Source: Callorhinchus milii
Lineage: Eukaryota
Length of the DNA stretch: 64,000 nt
Reading direction: 5' to 3'
Assembly: GCF_018977255.1 (NCBI RefSeq)
Contig: NW_024704743.1
Coordinates: forward strand, 87,918,001 to 87,982,000
A model generated the notes under the pieces. The model was not told the origin of the DNA. It ran no database searches and saw nothing but the letters and a program-made list of their open reading frames with translations. The first letter of the stretch is position 1. Each line of letters opens with the position of its first letter. Below, piece by piece: positions 62,836 through 64,000 of the stretch. The position numbers and the translations under genes are program-made.

Positions 62836-64000
62836 TTTTTTAGAATCTTTGGGATTTGATAACCTTAATACTGCATGTATGGATTGCTAAAGTCCTTAAA
62901 GATACCTTTTGGAGATATGGTCCCCAATCGTTTCGTGAATAACATCTGGATTGTTTCAATTCTGGTGACAAAAGATTGCATTGGCCAGCTGTTTGCCAAC
63001 ATAAAGTACCAAGCTATTCGTTCTGAACCAATACCAGTGTAAGTGAGAGCAAGATGTTGTTCCAATGCTGATTGAGACCCACATGGAGACCTGCCAATAA
63101 TAACTGGCATCAGAGCAACATGCAAATCCCAGATGCATTCCTTCTGTTCACTCACTCCCTTACCATTACTCCCTCTCCCATACCAATAGCTGATATTAAA
63201 AATATCTCTGCATGTTCACAGACATATTGGTTACATGTACAACGTCTGTTTTATGCATTTATAAATTGTGCGTCCATAGACGAAATAAATAATAGCGGCA
63301 GATTTTAAGATGCTCATCATCGTAAACTGCTTGGATTAATAGCTCTGGATTGCTGCATAAATTAGACATTATATTAAAATAGTGTCTTAAACATTAGCCG
63401 TGAGGCAACACCAGCAGAACGAAAACTTATATTTTTTTCTGGAATAGGCAAATAAATCCACTGGATACCTTCAGCCTTTAATGTTTTCTTCCAGATTTGA
63501 GACATTGACTGATGGCGGATCTTTTTACGTTAAGTAGTTACAGAACTGATTATAGTGCAAACAGCAGAATAATATGCAAACTGTTGGTGCCAACATGGGT
63601 ATGAATTAGTTGGCAGCTGGCAACGAAAATAAGGCTACAGGCTTCGGATATTTAATATCACTTTGGCCCTGGGCTCCCAGAGATTTTTTTAAAGCAATTT
63701 TCTTTCATTTGCCTATCTTGAGTGAAAAAAAATCTGATTTATTCAATAATCAAATTACTTGAAACTTTTTTTGATGTTTTGCTTACATTTTGTGAACACA
63801 TTTCTGAAGGTGCCAACTCATCTCTTCGGACTTCAAAATATATTCAGAACAGAAGTATTAAAGCTTAGTTTAAAATGTTGACATAGTTTGGGAACTTTTG
63901 CTTGTGATGGCTTTTAAGTGCTATGGCTTGGCACTGTGATGTGGAAAAATAATCATCTGTATTTTAAACTGTTTGATATTTAAGACGTTTTTGGGAGGGG

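Noticed and set aside
62865..63155. 96-aa minus ORF and overlapping 55-aa plus ORF near a gtaagt
   Set aside because: No recognisable homology; the adjacent T-run acceptor is SINE-derived
1..64000. CRISPR array, operon or other prokaryotic system
   Set aside because: No regularly spaced repeats or dense long ORFs; recurring sequences are dispersed vertebrate retroposons

Overview
Eukaryotic, repeat-dense, essentially non-coding vertebrate DNA (intron or intergenic). The repeat content points to a cartilaginous fish, plausibly a holocephalan (inference only). It holds many 5'-truncated and decayed L2-clade and CR1-clade LINEs, including one near-complete but disrupted L2 ORF2 at ~32540-35392. 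It also holds many Deu-domain and tRNA-Ala-like SINEs with L2-type tails, two LF-SINE-like relics, an hAT MITE with a perfect 8-bp TSD, a Tigger-like end, and a Penelope-like terminal repeat with a degenerate minimal hammerhead ribozyme. No intact host gene, rRNA, true tRNA, CRISPR array or prokaryotic system is visible, and the ORF track is LINE debris or chance ORFs. The best non-repeat signal is a promoter-like block with a short start-codon exon (MDSQDST|gtgagt) at ~24490-24823, gene unidentified. I found no evidence for a wholly new biological system. Family names come from recalled consensus motifs, not database searches, and boundaries of old repeats are approximate.
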